DNA of 64,000 nucleotides, from the IMG/VR virus record IMGVR_UViG_3300027970_000018. One strand, 5' to 3'. The translations under genes were made by a program, and so were the position numbers. The notes under the pieces were generated by a model. The model did no database searches and was not told where the DNA came from. It was given only the letters and a program-made list of their open reading frames with translations. The stretch is from an uncultured virus (IMG/VR IMGVR_UViG_3300027970_000018) (taxonomy: Duplodnaviria; Heunggongvirae; Uroviricota; Caudoviricetes). Position 1 is the stretch's first letter; every line of letters starts with the position of its first letter. Positions 8,701 to 18,747 of this stretch are shown piece after piece.

Positions 8701-11385
8701 TGCCGGATCCATTGAATATGGTTTGCCAAAAACTTTCGCTAATAAACCTCTACCCTCTTCTCCATTGAAGAAGTTAGTGTCTGTCATTCTACGGTGCATA
8801 TTCATAAACTCTCTGTGAGCGTTTGCGTATGCTTTGTATTCTATTAATGAAGATTTTAATGCTGCCGCTTCTTGAGTTCTTCCTTGGTTTTCTAAATCAT
8901 TGATGTATGCATCTAATTTGTCAAGTTGGTCGATTGCATCTTTTGTAGTTGATACTCGTAATGTACTTAATATATCTGTTTCTGAAACTCCTGCTAAATC
9001 CTTTTTAACGTCTTTACCGATTTTTATTGATTCATCTAACTCAGTCTTCTTTTTCTCTAATTCAGCCATTCTTTGAGTAGCTGCTAAATACTTACGTTGA
9101 AGTTCTTGAGATTTAGCCTTTGCTTTTGGATTGTCAGATGCAGTTTTATTTTCAGCTATTTGAGTTTGAATTTGAGTAATAGTGTCAAAAAGTTTATCTC
9201 TTTCCTTAGTAACTTTTTTAAGTTCACCAGTTGCTTTTTTCTTTTCTTTCGATAATCCATCATAGAATTCCACTGCGCTATACAAACCATTTATACCTGT
9301 GGTTTCTTCAATTGAACGCCCGATAGCCTGTGCGTTTTTCTGAGCTTGTTTTCCGATAACAATGTTTCTTATCATTGCCTCTTTCAAGTTCATCAAATTT
9401 CCATCAGTAATTCCGTTTGGAACACGTAGTGCTTCCACTACTGCTTTCGCTTGTAAGTAGTCTCTTGAAGTTTGAGCAAACTCGTTAATCATAGACTGCT
9501 TGTACTGCTCAACAGTCAATCCATTTTTTTGTAACTGCTCTTGCTCCTCTTTACTGATTTGCATTTCATCAACAACCATCTCAAAATCCTCTTGAATTTC
9601 ACTTTGAGTTTTAATATGCTCTTGGCTTTGAATGAATGATATATTTACATTCAAATTATCATAAGCCGGTGCAGTATTGTTATTTCTGCTTGCAGATGCG
9701 GAAGATGCTTTAGTCATTGCTCGAAGTAGTGTAACTCCTTTTGGTGCGGAAACATCTCCAAATGTTTTACGTAAATTTTCTAATCCCTCATTTGCCGTAG
9801 CCAAATCGGATTCCATTGCTTTTCTTGTAGATGTATAGCTGTTTTTACCAAATCCTGAAAAAGCTGTTCCGCTTTTAATTGCACCTGGTTGTATGCCGCC
9901 TCCAGCTAAACCGATAATCATACCAATTCCAATCTCTTTCCAACCTTCTTTTGAACCGTACTGTTCTGAAAATGCATCTGTTAATGAGGACCACATAGAC
10001 TCTGAATGAGAGTTGTCTAAGTCATAAAGTGACTCCATAGATTTCTGCATAGCCTTTCCAGCTACTCCTTGTAGTCCTTCCTCGAATATACCTTCTATTG
10101 CTGGCTTCTCTAAAATCTTGTAGGTAGTTCCTGCAATTCTTTGAAACCTATTTGCTTTTTGTAAAACTCGTGTTCCATCGTCAAGAGTTGTAACTCCAAG
10201 TCCGATTGCTTTATTGAAGAAGTTTGTTACACCTTTTCTAGCATCTGGTAAAATGTTTATGTCAAATGTTTTTCCAAACATTGCAGCATTTGAGACAGAT
10301 AGGATAGCCATGTTAGCTGCGTAAACAGTGTTGGCTCCATTCTTTGCACTTGTCATAAATTTTGATAACTCCTCGTATGTTGGTTGTCTTCCGTTTATAT
10401 CTTCAAAGGAATTCATGTAGTTATCAACAGATTCTTTGAAGTTGTGCCTAGCTTCCATTCCTGCCTCGAAGTTAGATGTGCGAACCAAGAATGCTCCTGT
10501 ATCAAGTACACCTCCAATTCGACTTCCGAAAACAGCTTTGCTCATCCCACGTAGAATACTTCTACCTTGTGAGTAACCAACTACATCATCAGCTTTTGAT
10601 AACATTTTACCAACTTTCGATGACCCTAACCAAGTAGCCTTTGCTGTCTTCTGTAAGGAGGTTTCAGCCAACTCTTTCGTAACAGCTTTCGATACGCTTT
10701 TTAAACCTAGTTTTGCAAAAGAACCTGCGGCAGAACCTCCTCCTGTTAAAGCTGCAATAGCAACTTCTGGAAGTATTGCTCCCCCAACAAAAGCTAACCC
10801 CCCTGCTACATCATTAAACCAAAAATTAGTTGTAAGAGCACTTTGAAAAATATTGTTGGACTTCTCCTCGTCTGAGTAATAGTTTGGAAGTTTATAGTCA
10901 AGCCGTTTGTTGATGTCGTCCATATTTCTTGAGAACTCGTTGTCCCAAACAGCACTAAAACTTCCTTTGTTTAGTCCATTATAAATACCATATACTGTAC
11001 CAACAGTGCTGTCAAGAACATAGTTTACGATCTTAGATGCGTTCTTAGTTACTCCATAAAAAGCTTTCTCAACAAAACCTTGTTGGTTTGCCAATCTATT
11101 TTCATTACCTTCTGCACCTAAGTAGTTTTCAAACTTTGCTACATACGAACCATCGTTTAGACGCTCGAATACAGAATCGATTGGTACATTATACTCTGCT
11201 GTATTTATTCCTTGGCTTGTTACAGGATTCCAGTCTAATTTTGGAATTGCACTTGGAGCTAATTTTGGACGTATCGGTCCTATTTGCTTATCCGTTTTAG
11301 CTGTATGTTTAAGTACCTCATCTACACTTTTAAAATCCTTAGCGGTTTTTATTGTAGGAGGTGGAGTTGGGTTTTGCTCTATCAT
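5743..11385 (-). CDS. Giant virion cargo/ejection protein (1880 aa), crAss-like
   Basis: Long ORF downstream of the muzzle gene; Gly/Ala-rich hydrophobic segments (AGGLAFVGGAILPEVAIAALTGGG; IGIGMIIGLAGGG), EGIFEEGLQG motif, coiled-coil stretches. Confidence 0.75.
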   Translation of the reverse strand: MIEQNPTPPPTIKTAKDFKSVDEVLKHTAKTDKQIGPIRPKLAPSAIPKLDWNPVTSQGINTAEYNVPIDSVFERLNDGSYVAKFENYLGAEGNENRLANQQGFVEKAFYGVTKNASKIVNYVLDSTVGTVYGIYNGLNKGSFSAVWDNEFSRNMDDINKRLDYKLPNYYSDEEKSNNIFQSALTTNFWFNDVAGGLAFVGGAILPEVAIAALTGGGSAAGSFAKLGLKSVSKAVTKELAETSLQKTAKATWLGSSKVGKMLSKADDVVGYSQGRSILRGMSKAVFGSRIGGVLDTGAFLVRTSNFEAGMEARHNFKESVDNYMNSFEDINGRQPTYEELSKFMTSAKNGANTVYAANMAILSVSNAAMFGKTFDINILPDARKGVTNFFNKAIGLGVTTLDDGTRVLQKANRFQRIAGTTYKILEKPAIEGIFEEGLQGVAGKAMQKSMESLYDLDNSHSESMWSSLTDAFSEQYGSKEGWKEIGIGMIIGLAGGGIQPGAIKSGTAFSGFGKNSYTSTRKAMESDLATANEGLENLRKTFGDVSAPKGVTLLRAMTKASSASASRNNNTAPAYDNLNVNISFIQSQEHIKTQSEIQEDFEMVVDEMQISKEEQEQLQKNGLTVEQYKQSMINEFAQTSRDYLQAKAVVEALRVPNGITDGNLMNLKEAMIRNIVIGKQAQKNAQAIGRSIEETTGINGLYSAVEFYDGLSKEKKKATGELKKVTKERDKLFDTITQIQTQIAENKTASDNPKAKAKSQELQRKYLAATQRMAELEKKKTELDESIKIGKDVKKDLAGVSETDILSTLRVSTTKDAIDQLDKLDAYINDLENQGRTQEAAALKSSLIEYKAYANAHREFMNMHRRMTDTNFFNGEEGRGLLAKVFGKPYSMDPAFYDELKKNDEIIDKALRFLSIGSYEVAADYIKDALEKNPDLSDREKYRIEQMVRIQLQGILAQQVTNSLTDIAQTVEAVQEKPTSNILEGDSIQLRTALNLQVDEKTSLQVINEAIQTITSQIDAIQNTVRDTSKVQELEAQLAELKNQRGNFKEPTPTTPTSTQTTSNIDAKKADAQTVKNRMQEIEKQPVSMNVTTDASGKMEQTSEEVVSQIKSELDKIGLPYSDVVSNDKGSTYFVVTKDGKQHEILKLIKTGNALVKPVLTKAKWINHLIKTQPQNLYDFVNAELEALNQPTYNSIQEQALAQMKRDLEEEEKSLGRSQEVVDQLTQDIASLEEHTNEKTRLTKEELDAEIQRVEQELKDANQGIRIVESEDYIRFNELVKKQQTEGLTDAEQKEYDTLKNDIDQWLLVGGVITEGINLSDLIRQKVALENAKIMSPEVIQQRTDEDDLETIKFSTKGRNYNTRYGLTQDAVTVIANGKNNTLEINGIKADDEIVRQVFVELDADGNKVSIDFEYSFNEFGNIIIPLGENGENLAKVNSPTSLISVRPTNENLRTNYSVVIGHRKGITGEMESFPLKSVFPGEYNQTQDTQAIYDMQAGDEIILKVDTRDEYNQKLIQEYKDAKGKAAKKTAKENLRKNLRITASPKTTTGGKEGIYTHTLRGKQDNDAASGEDQKFEQFRDSIVNDKTMFDKLMDKTPALHVVNHGTLTVAKILPGQPNFNFSAKDENGNVTIQYTQFTDQMAAGVFDIGIRTSGGYKTKNGTTGLDTTFMSKDSTFKTNGKPNKKKEPFVVFKVGEKLIAYPVRLLPQEKRDNKEFELIFNSDTDVADKVVRLNQMLAQRGVDIKQPGEFFYSIGSKNNLTQEFFDKKMKQLEDFDYFYPLNEWTGGKTSIAELLKQQAQINLNTSSPFHSPKVEMDMKNMLKDFKVETTDEDTEYTDEQEEKAVKESKSPVVNKYKKAKDDSINTAAQEETDKNCNT

Positions 11386-14300
11386 TCTCTTTCTAATTCT
11401 GGGTAAACTGAATACAAATATTGTTGAAATGCTGTGATTGCATAGGTAGAAGAATTTCTATATATCTCAGTTACATCGCTGTAACTAAAATCTTTCATTC
11501 CTCCTTTCTCTGTACCTTTTGGAAAAGAGACTTGTCCAGACAGTTTACCATTTTTATAAACAGAGATGTAGTAAGGTTGCCCTTCTTGTAGTACCTCTGC
11601 TTTAAACTTGAACTTACCTTGTTGGTATTCATTAAGTAATTTTTCTACTTCCGCTTGTTTTTCTGGAGCCATTCTTTCAGTAGCTTCTCTAGTCTCTTCA
11701 AATAGAGTAGGGATAAGTGTTTGTTCGATAGGTCTGTTTGGAACACCTGTGCCTAAATCAATTTTAGCTGCGTTTGTACCAAACTTGCTTGTATAATCTG
11801 TGCGGATAGCTGCGTTTAATTTGATATCAGTATTTTCTTCAAACTCTTTTAAAGAAACAATTTTTGGTTCATCTGTTTGTTTTACTTTAGTTCCGTCTTT
11901 AGTCTCCCACCTAGTAACTGTAATTTCTACTTTGTCACCTGTTCCTTGCCCATTTTGAATCAATCTTGCCTTTATTGGGTCTTGATAACCTTTTGTTGTA
12001 GGTGTAAGACCTAACACATAAGCATAGTTCTTTAACTTCTCATAATTTGAGTGGTCTTTCACGAAACTGACTTCTCTTATACTTAAAAGTTCACCTTGTT
12101 TTTTAAGTACATTGTCTTGTGCTTTTGCGCTTTCTACTGCTTCTTTAACAATAGTAGTAATATCTTTAGCTGGGTTTATTTCTTGTCCTTTTTTGTTTTT
12201 ATAGTCTAGGTTGTTATATCCAAGGTCAGATAAGTAGTAGTCGGAGTTAAACTCTTTATTGTTAGTCACTAAGTTGCCAGTAGTTCTTAACCTTTGCTCC
12301 ATAGCTTGTATAGCATCTTTTTGCTTCTTAGCTTCGCTACCAGTAAGTGTAGATAATTGTCTATACATATTACCTAGCTCAACTACTTTATCTTCATACT
12401 GTACAGGAACTCCTTTTGGCATTAATGTGTTAATCTTATTTAAGAACCACTCGTTTTGTATAATAACGGCGTACTTACCTTTATTCGTTCCACTTGCTAC
12501 CCCTTCTCTAGGAGCACTTCCAAGAGTAAGTCCTGCTTCTATATCTTTATAATCTTTTGCAATTTTAGAGAATTCTTTTATATCCATATCCTTTAGAGTT
12601 TCATCTCTTAAAGTGTAAAAGTACTCTCTCTTAACTGCTGGGCTTAATCCCATATGTCGGTCAGCAATTATGTGAGAAGTTGTGTAAAGTTTTAATGATG
12701 CTTGGTCTTGTTTTGATAAACTTTCAAACCCTTTCTCTCCTACTTGTCGCAAAAGCTTTACATAATTATTAGTTTCTTGAGCTATCGGTGCTTTGCCTTT
12801 TTGGATATTTGACATTGCACTTTTCATATCCCAGTTCTTGATGTCCTGTTTTACGAGCGAACCATTTTTTTCTACGACTTTGAAGGCGAAATTTGGAAAC
12901 TCATTTGGGTCCATATCGCCATCATTAGCGATAACTTTTCCTAGTTGCCAAATAGTTTTCATTACGGCTTTGTCTAAATTTTGTCTGTAAGCCTTTCTTG
13001 CTGGAGGTATATTCAATACACTGTTTTGGAAAGCAAGTATAGTTGCTAAATTTTCGTTATTAAGTTCTATTTGGTTTCCTTTTATTTTAATTACACCACC
13101 ATTTTCAGCTAAGTCACTTACATTTGCTAACTGTTTACTAAGCTCTGCGTAATCGCCAGGACCAATACCAACACCAACTAATTTATTGAATTTATTGATT
13201 GCGTCAAACTGTTTCTTCTGTTCCAATTGGATACCATCCATACCTTCAGTGCCATACTTCTCACCTGCTTTTGGGTCGTTAGGGTCTCTATCAGTGAAGA
13301 TGACATTTTTGTTTTGGTTGTTTGAGTCAGATTCATCTACTATTCCAAGATCTTTCTTGGCTTTCATAATATCATACTTATGCTTCTCGTCTGCCCTAGT
13401 GTTAGCAGCTAATTTTAAAGCGTTGTCAAAATTATGTTGTTTAACAGTTTCAGCGAACTCCACATTTGCTTTCTGTACTGCATCAATTTCTCTGTCAACT
13501 AATCTTTTTGAAGCATAGGGAGAAACTGTACCCTCTAAATAATTATCGTAATACAATTCAGATGCAAGTCCTTGTCGGTCTCTTTGTTCTAAAGTGTCAT
13601 CAGACAGTCTATTTTGAAGGTTGTTGAAGTTTGTTCTCTCATTCTCAATCTCTCTGTCGTACAACTCTTTTTGGTCTCCACTTGCTTGTCCTCGTAAGAC
13701 CTCTAAAGCACTAATTCTATCCCTAGAGTTTTCTACCTTTGGTGAGTTGTATTCTTTATAGTAATTTCTTAACTTGTCATCATCGACTCCCTGGAATTGT
13801 TTCCAACCCATTATTTGGAAGTGGCGTTTATCGTTATCATCCAAAGAGGATTCTACAATTTGACGTAAGGTATTTTTATCCGTGTACTCATAAGTATCTT
13901 GGTAGTTAAAATATCCTCCGCTACCTCTGCTTTCAAATGCTTTTTGTTTTAATTGTTCAGCTGCTTTTGCTGTTAATTCTGCGACTTTCTTTTCAGTTCC
14001 AGTGTGTGCAATAAAATCTGCACCACCTCTGTATCTGTCACCAGCTTCTTGAGTACTTAAATAACGTTGTCTATCCGACATTGCAAGTGCATACTCATGG
14101 TACGTTTGGTTATATTTACCATCTGCTTTCTTTAATGCCTCTGCCCAACTTTTATCTTCAATCTCCATTCTCTTTGTAGAGACAACAGCTTCTTTTACTT
14201 TATCATCAAATACTTGTGCTGCATTGGTTAGTAATGAAGACGCTAAAGTATCATCAGATAAATCTAACATTTCATATTGGCTGGAAATTTGTCTTACTTG

Positions 14301-14498
14301 TTGTAGTCGACTTTCAATATATTGTTTATCAACTCCTTTTGCTACTTGTAGCTTTGGAAATTGGTCGTACATATTCTGCAACTTTGCTCTGTTGTTATCC
14401 AACTTCTCTTGCTTGTATGAAAGTGCAGCATTGATAAAGTTAAAATCTGGAGAGTACAGAGGTTGGTCGTAATTATGTAATATGCTATAAGCGTTCAT
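11382..14498 (-). CDS. Large virion cargo protein (1038 aa)
   Basis: Long ORF, ATGA-coupled to the next gene, in the cargo block, with its own TAnnTTTG promoter. Confidence 0.65.
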   Translation of the reverse strand: MNAYSILHNYDQPLYSPDFNFINAALSYKQEKLDNNRAKLQNMYDQFPKLQVAKGVDKQYIESRLQQVRQISSQYEMLDLSDDTLASSLLTNAAQVFDDKVKEAVVSTKRMEIEDKSWAEALKKADGKYNQTYHEYALAMSDRQRYLSTQEAGDRYRGGADFIAHTGTEKKVAELTAKAAEQLKQKAFESRGSGGYFNYQDTYEYTDKNTLRQIVESSLDDNDKRHFQIMGWKQFQGVDDDKLRNYYKEYNSPKVENSRDRISALEVLRGQASGDQKELYDREIENERTNFNNLQNRLSDDTLEQRDRQGLASELYYDNYLEGTVSPYASKRLVDREIDAVQKANVEFAETVKQHNFDNALKLAANTRADEKHKYDIMKAKKDLGIVDESDSNNQNKNVIFTDRDPNDPKAGEKYGTEGMDGIQLEQKKQFDAINKFNKLVGVGIGPGDYAELSKQLANVSDLAENGGVIKIKGNQIELNNENLATILAFQNSVLNIPPARKAYRQNLDKAVMKTIWQLGKVIANDGDMDPNEFPNFAFKVVEKNGSLVKQDIKNWDMKSAMSNIQKGKAPIAQETNNYVKLLRQVGEKGFESLSKQDQASLKLYTTSHIIADRHMGLSPAVKREYFYTLRDETLKDMDIKEFSKIAKDYKDIEAGLTLGSAPREGVASGTNKGKYAVIIQNEWFLNKINTLMPKGVPVQYEDKVVELGNMYRQLSTLTGSEAKKQKDAIQAMEQRLRTTGNLVTNNKEFNSDYYLSDLGYNNLDYKNKKGQEINPAKDITTIVKEAVESAKAQDNVLKKQGELLSIREVSFVKDHSNYEKLKNYAYVLGLTPTTKGYQDPIKARLIQNGQGTGDKVEITVTRWETKDGTKVKQTDEPKIVSLKEFEENTDIKLNAAIRTDYTSKFGTNAAKIDLGTGVPNRPIEQTLIPTLFEETREATERMAPEKQAEVEKLLNEYQQGKFKFKAEVLQEGQPYYISVYKNGKLSGQVSFPKGTEKGGMKDFSYSDVTEIYRNSSTYAITAFQQYLYSVYPELERE

Positions 14499-14537
14499 CT
14501 ACAGTGTGTTATGTTATCGAACCATTTTATAATTTTT

Positions 14538-14545
14538 CAAAAATA
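14538..14545 (-). promoter_or_regulatory. Bacteroidota-type -7 promoter element (TATTTTTG)
   Basis: Matches TAnnTTTG, ~40 nt upstream of the ATG at 14498. Confidence 0.6.
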
Positions 14546-14578
14546 GTCATTTATGTGAAACGAATAAAATTAATAGGA

Positions 14579-16702
14579 TTATTCCTCTCCTTTGGCTGAA
14601 CCATATAAATAATTAAACATATCTTGCTTCTGTCTATTATCTTGAACTGACCAAGGTGATGACGGGTCAAAATTTATAGATGAGCCGAAGAAGTCTAAAG
14701 AGTAGTCTGGATAGAGGCTTCCAAGTAAATTCATCTTCTGATTATTTTGGAAGTTGTTCAAATTCACTTTACGGTTGAAGTCGTAGTAATTTCTTAACTC
14801 CTCTTCTGTCTTAGCTCGTGCCATTAATTGACGTTGCTCGAAGTTGAGTGCGTTGTTCAAACCATATACTTGTTCCTGCCCCGATTGCCCGATGTTGAAT
14901 AGTTCAGATTGTGATTGGTTTTGAGCATTCGTGATGTTTGCATTTGTTGCTGCTTGATTTACTGCTTCATTTCCTGATGCGAGTAGGTTTGCCAATACAG
15001 ACGCTCTTTGTGCTTCTGGAAGTCCTTGTAATTGCGAAGCGATAAAGTTTCTCTGTTTCGCAGTTTCTTGGATATTATTCTCAATTCCAATTTTTACTGG
15101 GTCAATTCTCTCTAAACGGATATCGCCTTTTAAATGTGCTTCCATTGGAGATGGTGGCAAAACAGATTGGTCTGGAGTATAGAACATACGAGGTCCTTTA
15201 GGAAACTGTGTTCCTATTTTTACTTTGTCTTCTATTTTTGTTCCGTCTACAATAGTATTTTCATCCTCAGTTTCTTCTTCTTCTGTAGTTGTTGCGTCTT
15301 TTTTCGGAACAATATCAATGTACTTGTATGCGGCTGTTTTGTATTTCGCTAAATCCTCGTATTTAACTCCATAGGCTTCAAGTTCTTTTTCTGCTTGTTC
15401 TTTTGGAATCTTGAACATACGGTCAACATCAATTCTTCCTTCTTTTAATCCAGGTACTTCTACCATTTGGCGTAAGTACGAAGAAGTTCTGTTACCAAAC
15501 TTGTCGTCTCTTATTTGGTTTTCTTTTACTCCAGATGTATATTGTGGAGAAAAGCCTGATGCAGCAATATCCCTATTATATGCCTCTTGAATAGTTCCTA
15601 TTTCATCGTCTGTTGCATTTCTAAACTTCTTTCCTTCTGGGTTTATCTCAGGGTTATTTTCATAATAGTCTTTTAAAACAAAACCTTCAATCCTTCTATC
15701 TGTCATTCCACCATAGGTAGTTGCGTTTGTAAGAAGTTTTCCCGACCTGTCTGTTTTTTGACTCCCTGTTATAATCCCCTCAAAACCTTTCTCGTCTAAA
15801 TCTTCAATTAACCCTCTATTGATTACAATGCTTCCCCACTTGTATTTACCTGATTCAAGTGCTTTTGCTACTGCGGGCTCGTATTTATTGTAGTACTTTA
15901 ATAACTCAGCTTTTTGAGTATCAGATAAGTCTGCACCTGTTGGAAGTCCTTTTTCTTTTTCAATGAATATTCCTGATGTTGGGTCTTCTCCTTCTTCTAC
16001 TGTTCCACCTCTTGCCATGTTTAACAGCTTCTTTCCTTCTTCAATGGATATTCCGTATTTGTCACAAACCATTTTTAGTTGCGGGTTGTGAGTTCCTCCA
16101 TACTTCATTTCGTCCGGAGTTTCGTTTTTTGGCTTAGTAGATTCCTGCATTTCAAATACAAGGTCAAAAAATCCTTGGCGTTCTTTTTCTAAAGGCTTCT
16201 TACGGTTCTCAATATCATTTATTTTCTTTGAGAGGTATCCCATATTAATCTTCGCAGTTTTGCTATCAATATTCTCTCTTTGCATTTCAGATTTCAAAGA
16301 CTTAAACACATCTTCTTGCTCTAAATTTAATTTTTTCAAACCTACTTTTGCCGTATATTTTTCAACAGCTTCTGCATAAGTATTCTTAGTAGAAACATTG
16401 ATTCCAAATTCTTTTTCTAAGCGTCTTGCCTGCGCAGCCGTGAGCTTCAAATGGTCTGATAAAACATCTGTACCATCTGGAATATTAACTTTAATGCCAC
16501 CTCTTTCGTGAGATTTTCCAACAGCTTTCTGGGTTGTTCCGTCAGGAAACTGTACATACTCATCTCTCTCGATTTCCGTATTTGGTTCGATTGTAGAACG
16601 AGAACTTAATCCTTTGAGAACATCTCCAGTAAGTAACTCCTCTTCGGATACTGATTTGTCGTCTTCTACTTCAATATCTTTTATGTTGAAAGTTTTTCTC
16701 AT
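14579..16702 (-). CDS. Virion cargo protein (707 aa), crAss-like
   Basis: EIERDE..GKSHERGG..SDHLK N-terminal motif resembling crAss-like cargo proteins; Q/N-rich helical C-terminus; MKYGGT and MARGGT motifs. Confidence 0.65.
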   Translation of the reverse strand: MRKTFNIKDIEVEDDKSVSEEELLTGDVLKGLSSRSTIEPNTEIERDEYVQFPDGTTQKAVGKSHERGGIKVNIPDGTDVLSDHLKLTAAQARRLEKEFGINVSTKNTYAEAVEKYTAKVGLKKLNLEQEDVFKSLKSEMQRENIDSKTAKINMGYLSKKINDIENRKKPLEKERQGFFDLVFEMQESTKPKNETPDEMKYGGTHNPQLKMVCDKYGISIEEGKKLLNMARGGTVEEGEDPTSGIFIEKEKGLPTGADLSDTQKAELLKYYNKYEPAVAKALESGKYKWGSIVINRGLIEDLDEKGFEGIITGSQKTDRSGKLLTNATTYGGMTDRRIEGFVLKDYYENNPEINPEGKKFRNATDDEIGTIQEAYNRDIAASGFSPQYTSGVKENQIRDDKFGNRTSSYLRQMVEVPGLKEGRIDVDRMFKIPKEQAEKELEAYGVKYEDLAKYKTAAYKYIDIVPKKDATTTEEEETEDENTIVDGTKIEDKVKIGTQFPKGPRMFYTPDQSVLPPSPMEAHLKGDIRLERIDPVKIGIENNIQETAKQRNFIASQLQGLPEAQRASVLANLLASGNEAVNQAATNANITNAQNQSQSELFNIGQSGQEQVYGLNNALNFEQRQLMARAKTEEELRNYYDFNRKVNLNNFQNNQKMNLLGSLYPDYSLDFFGSSINFDPSSPWSVQDNRQKQDMFNYLYGSAKGEE

Positions 16703-17922
16703 TTCAATGTAATTTGTCCATTCTTAATTTCTTTGATAACTCCTTTTACTTTCTTTCCACCAACTTTGATAGTAACAGACTCTCCAATTCGCTTGTTAAA
16801 TGTGCCTCCATTTTTCATAACCATTTGTTGGTCTTGTGGTTGCTCTACCGCTGGTGCTTGTTGTCCTTGCATTTGTTGTACAACCATTTGTATCATTTGT
16901 TCGGCTTGTTGTTGCGGTATTCCTTGTGAAACTAAAGCTTCAAGAACTTGTTGGGGATTTGCTCCTTGTTGTAACATTCCTGCAATCATTTGAACTACTT
17001 GCTGCATTTGTTGTTCTTGCCCTTCTGGTATCTGCTCTTGAGGTTGTTGTGGTTGCATTTGTTCTTGTGGCATCGTCATTCCATCCTCTGCAAACATATT
17101 CATTGTACCACCTAACTTCATGCCACCAGTTGAATTTTGATCTTCTGATTGAGAATCTGGGACGTAATTTCTTTCTTGTTGTTTTTTCTTATACCAATCC
17201 ATTACATATTGGTTTCTTTTTGAAAATCCGATTCCAGAAGCTAAATTACGAGCAATATCTAAAGCTGCTGCTCCACCTGCTCCTACAATATTCATCCCTC
17301 TTCCTGGTGTTCCTTTTGGAGACCCTAAAGCTCTACCTAAAGAGTAAATCTCTGTTGATAAATCTGAACCTCCAGGGTTAATCATTGGAAAACGGAACAT
17401 ATTTGCTTTTGGCATACCTTCACCTTCTCCAGTAGTATCTACAAGAGCACCACTTCCGTCTACACTTTTTCCATTGCCGTTTAGATTTTTACCAGTTGTG
17501 CTTCCAAAATTAATATCGTACTTGTTGTACCCTAACCTGTCGTTTTCGCCCTTAATCCAATCTTGGTATTGCATTCTTTGTTCCTCTGTTGCGGTGCCAT
17601 CAGATATACCAGTGGTTACATTATTCTTCCATTCCTCATTTATTGCATCTTCAATTGATAAATCCTGAAATAAGTTTGAACTCTGTGTGATAGGTGAAAC
17701 TTGAGTACTTGGCAAAAAATAGTTTGCTTCTGCTCCTTGTTCTACCCACTTACCTTGCTCAGAATCGTAGTAAGATTTAGTCGGTTGTTGGAACATAGAT
17801 TGCATCCTACTCATTGCTGGGGATGCTCCTTGACCTGCCATTAGCTGTTTTAATCGCTCTGCTTGCTGAGGGGTTATTGTTCCGTTACTATACGCTTGTT
17901 GGAGTAATTGTAATTCGTTCAT
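16699..17922 (-). CDS. Virion-associated protein with Q/M-rich low-complexity region (407 aa)
   Basis: ORF in cargo block, hydrophobic Gly/Ala segment, Q-rich helix, MKLGGT and MKNGGT motifs. Confidence 0.6.
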   Translation of the reverse strand: MNELQLLQQAYSNGTITPQQAERLKQLMAGQGASPAMSRMQSMFQQPTKSYYDSEQGKWVEQGAEANYFLPSTQVSPITQSSNLFQDLSIEDAINEEWKNNVTTGISDGTATEEQRMQYQDWIKGENDRLGYNKYDINFGSTTGKNLNGNGKSVDGSGALVDTTGEGEGMPKANMFRFPMINPGGSDLSTEIYSLGRALGSPKGTPGRGMNIVGAGGAAALDIARNLASGIGFSKRNQYVMDWYKKKQQERNYVPDSQSEDQNSTGGMKLGGTMNMFAEDGMTMPQEQMQPQQPQEQIPEGQEQQMQQVVQMIAGMLQQGANPQQVLEALVSQGIPQQQAEQMIQMVVQQMQGQQAPAVEQPQDQQMVMKNGGTFNKRIGESVTIKVGGKKVKGVIKEIKNGQITLK

Positions 17923-17968
17923 ACTGCAATATTAATAATTTGTATTTAGTCGGTAAAAATTATTGCTT

Positions 17969-18745
17969 TTACTCTGTTTTTTGCTTCGTCACATCGGGCA
18001 TTTGAAACATAGATGGGAGTTCAGGCAATTGGTTCGGAGTATCAGGTAAATCTAATTGGAAAGGTTCTTCTGGTTCGTATTGCTCTTGTTTCTGTTGCTT
18101 ATAGCTTACTATTGAATTTGGTACTTGAAGTGCATCTAGGAAAGCTTTTTGTTTTTCCTTCTTTTCTTCTAGTCTTTTTCTTGCTTCGGATTTTTCTGCT
18201 TTCTCTTCGGCTTTCTTTTTTTTAGATTCTTCTTTCTCCACTTCTTTTTCAAATTCTTGTGGGTCAACTGTTGTTGTTATTGGTTGTCCTTGTATTTGAG
18301 TTTGGAGTGTTATTGGTTGTGGTTTTTGTTTTGGCTGTTGTTTAGATAAGGTTTCATATCGAACCATTGCTCTTTTTACAAGGGCGGGGTCTTTTCCAAT
18401 GTGGTAGTGAGGACCAGTTGCACCAGTTTTCTTCATAGCTTCTGAAGTAGTTTCGTCCAACAAGCCTAATCCGTACTTCGTTAATAATGCTGCACCTTCC
18501 AAATCATTCATTAGGTAGTCGGCTACATCTTTATCCTGGGCGGAAATGTCAAATGCTTCTCCTGTATTATGACGAGAAGTGGTAGAAGCTTTTCCAACTT
18601 TTTGAGATGCTTCACGTTTTGCGCTTGTCACACGAATCTTTGGAAATTTAATTGCAAGCTCACCATAGAAAGCTTGCAACTCTGATGTAAGTGTTTGAAC
18701 TTTCTCGTTATGATTATGTTCGTGGTCTTTTTCTCTTAGTGGCAT
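17969..18745 (-). CDS. Peptidase M15 (LAS-type) peptidoglycan hydrolase, probably virion-associated
   Basis: VTSAKR..SRHNTGEAFD..GPHYH pattern (S-x-H-x6-D ... H-x-H); sits between muzzle and cargo genes. Confidence 0.75.
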   Translation of the reverse strand: MPLREKDHEHNHNEKVQTLTSELQAFYGELAIKFPKIRVTSAKREASQKVGKASTTSRHNTGEAFDISAQDKDVADYLMNDLEGAALLTKYGLGLLDETTSEAMKKTGATGPHYHIGKDPALVKRAMVRYETLSKQQPKQKPQPITLQTQIQGQPITTTVDPQEFEKEVEKEESKKKKAEEKAEKSEARKRLEEKKEKQKAFLDALQVPNSIVSYKQQKQEQYEPEEPFQLDLPDTPNQLPELPSMFQMPDVTKQKTE

Positions 18746-18747
18746 AT

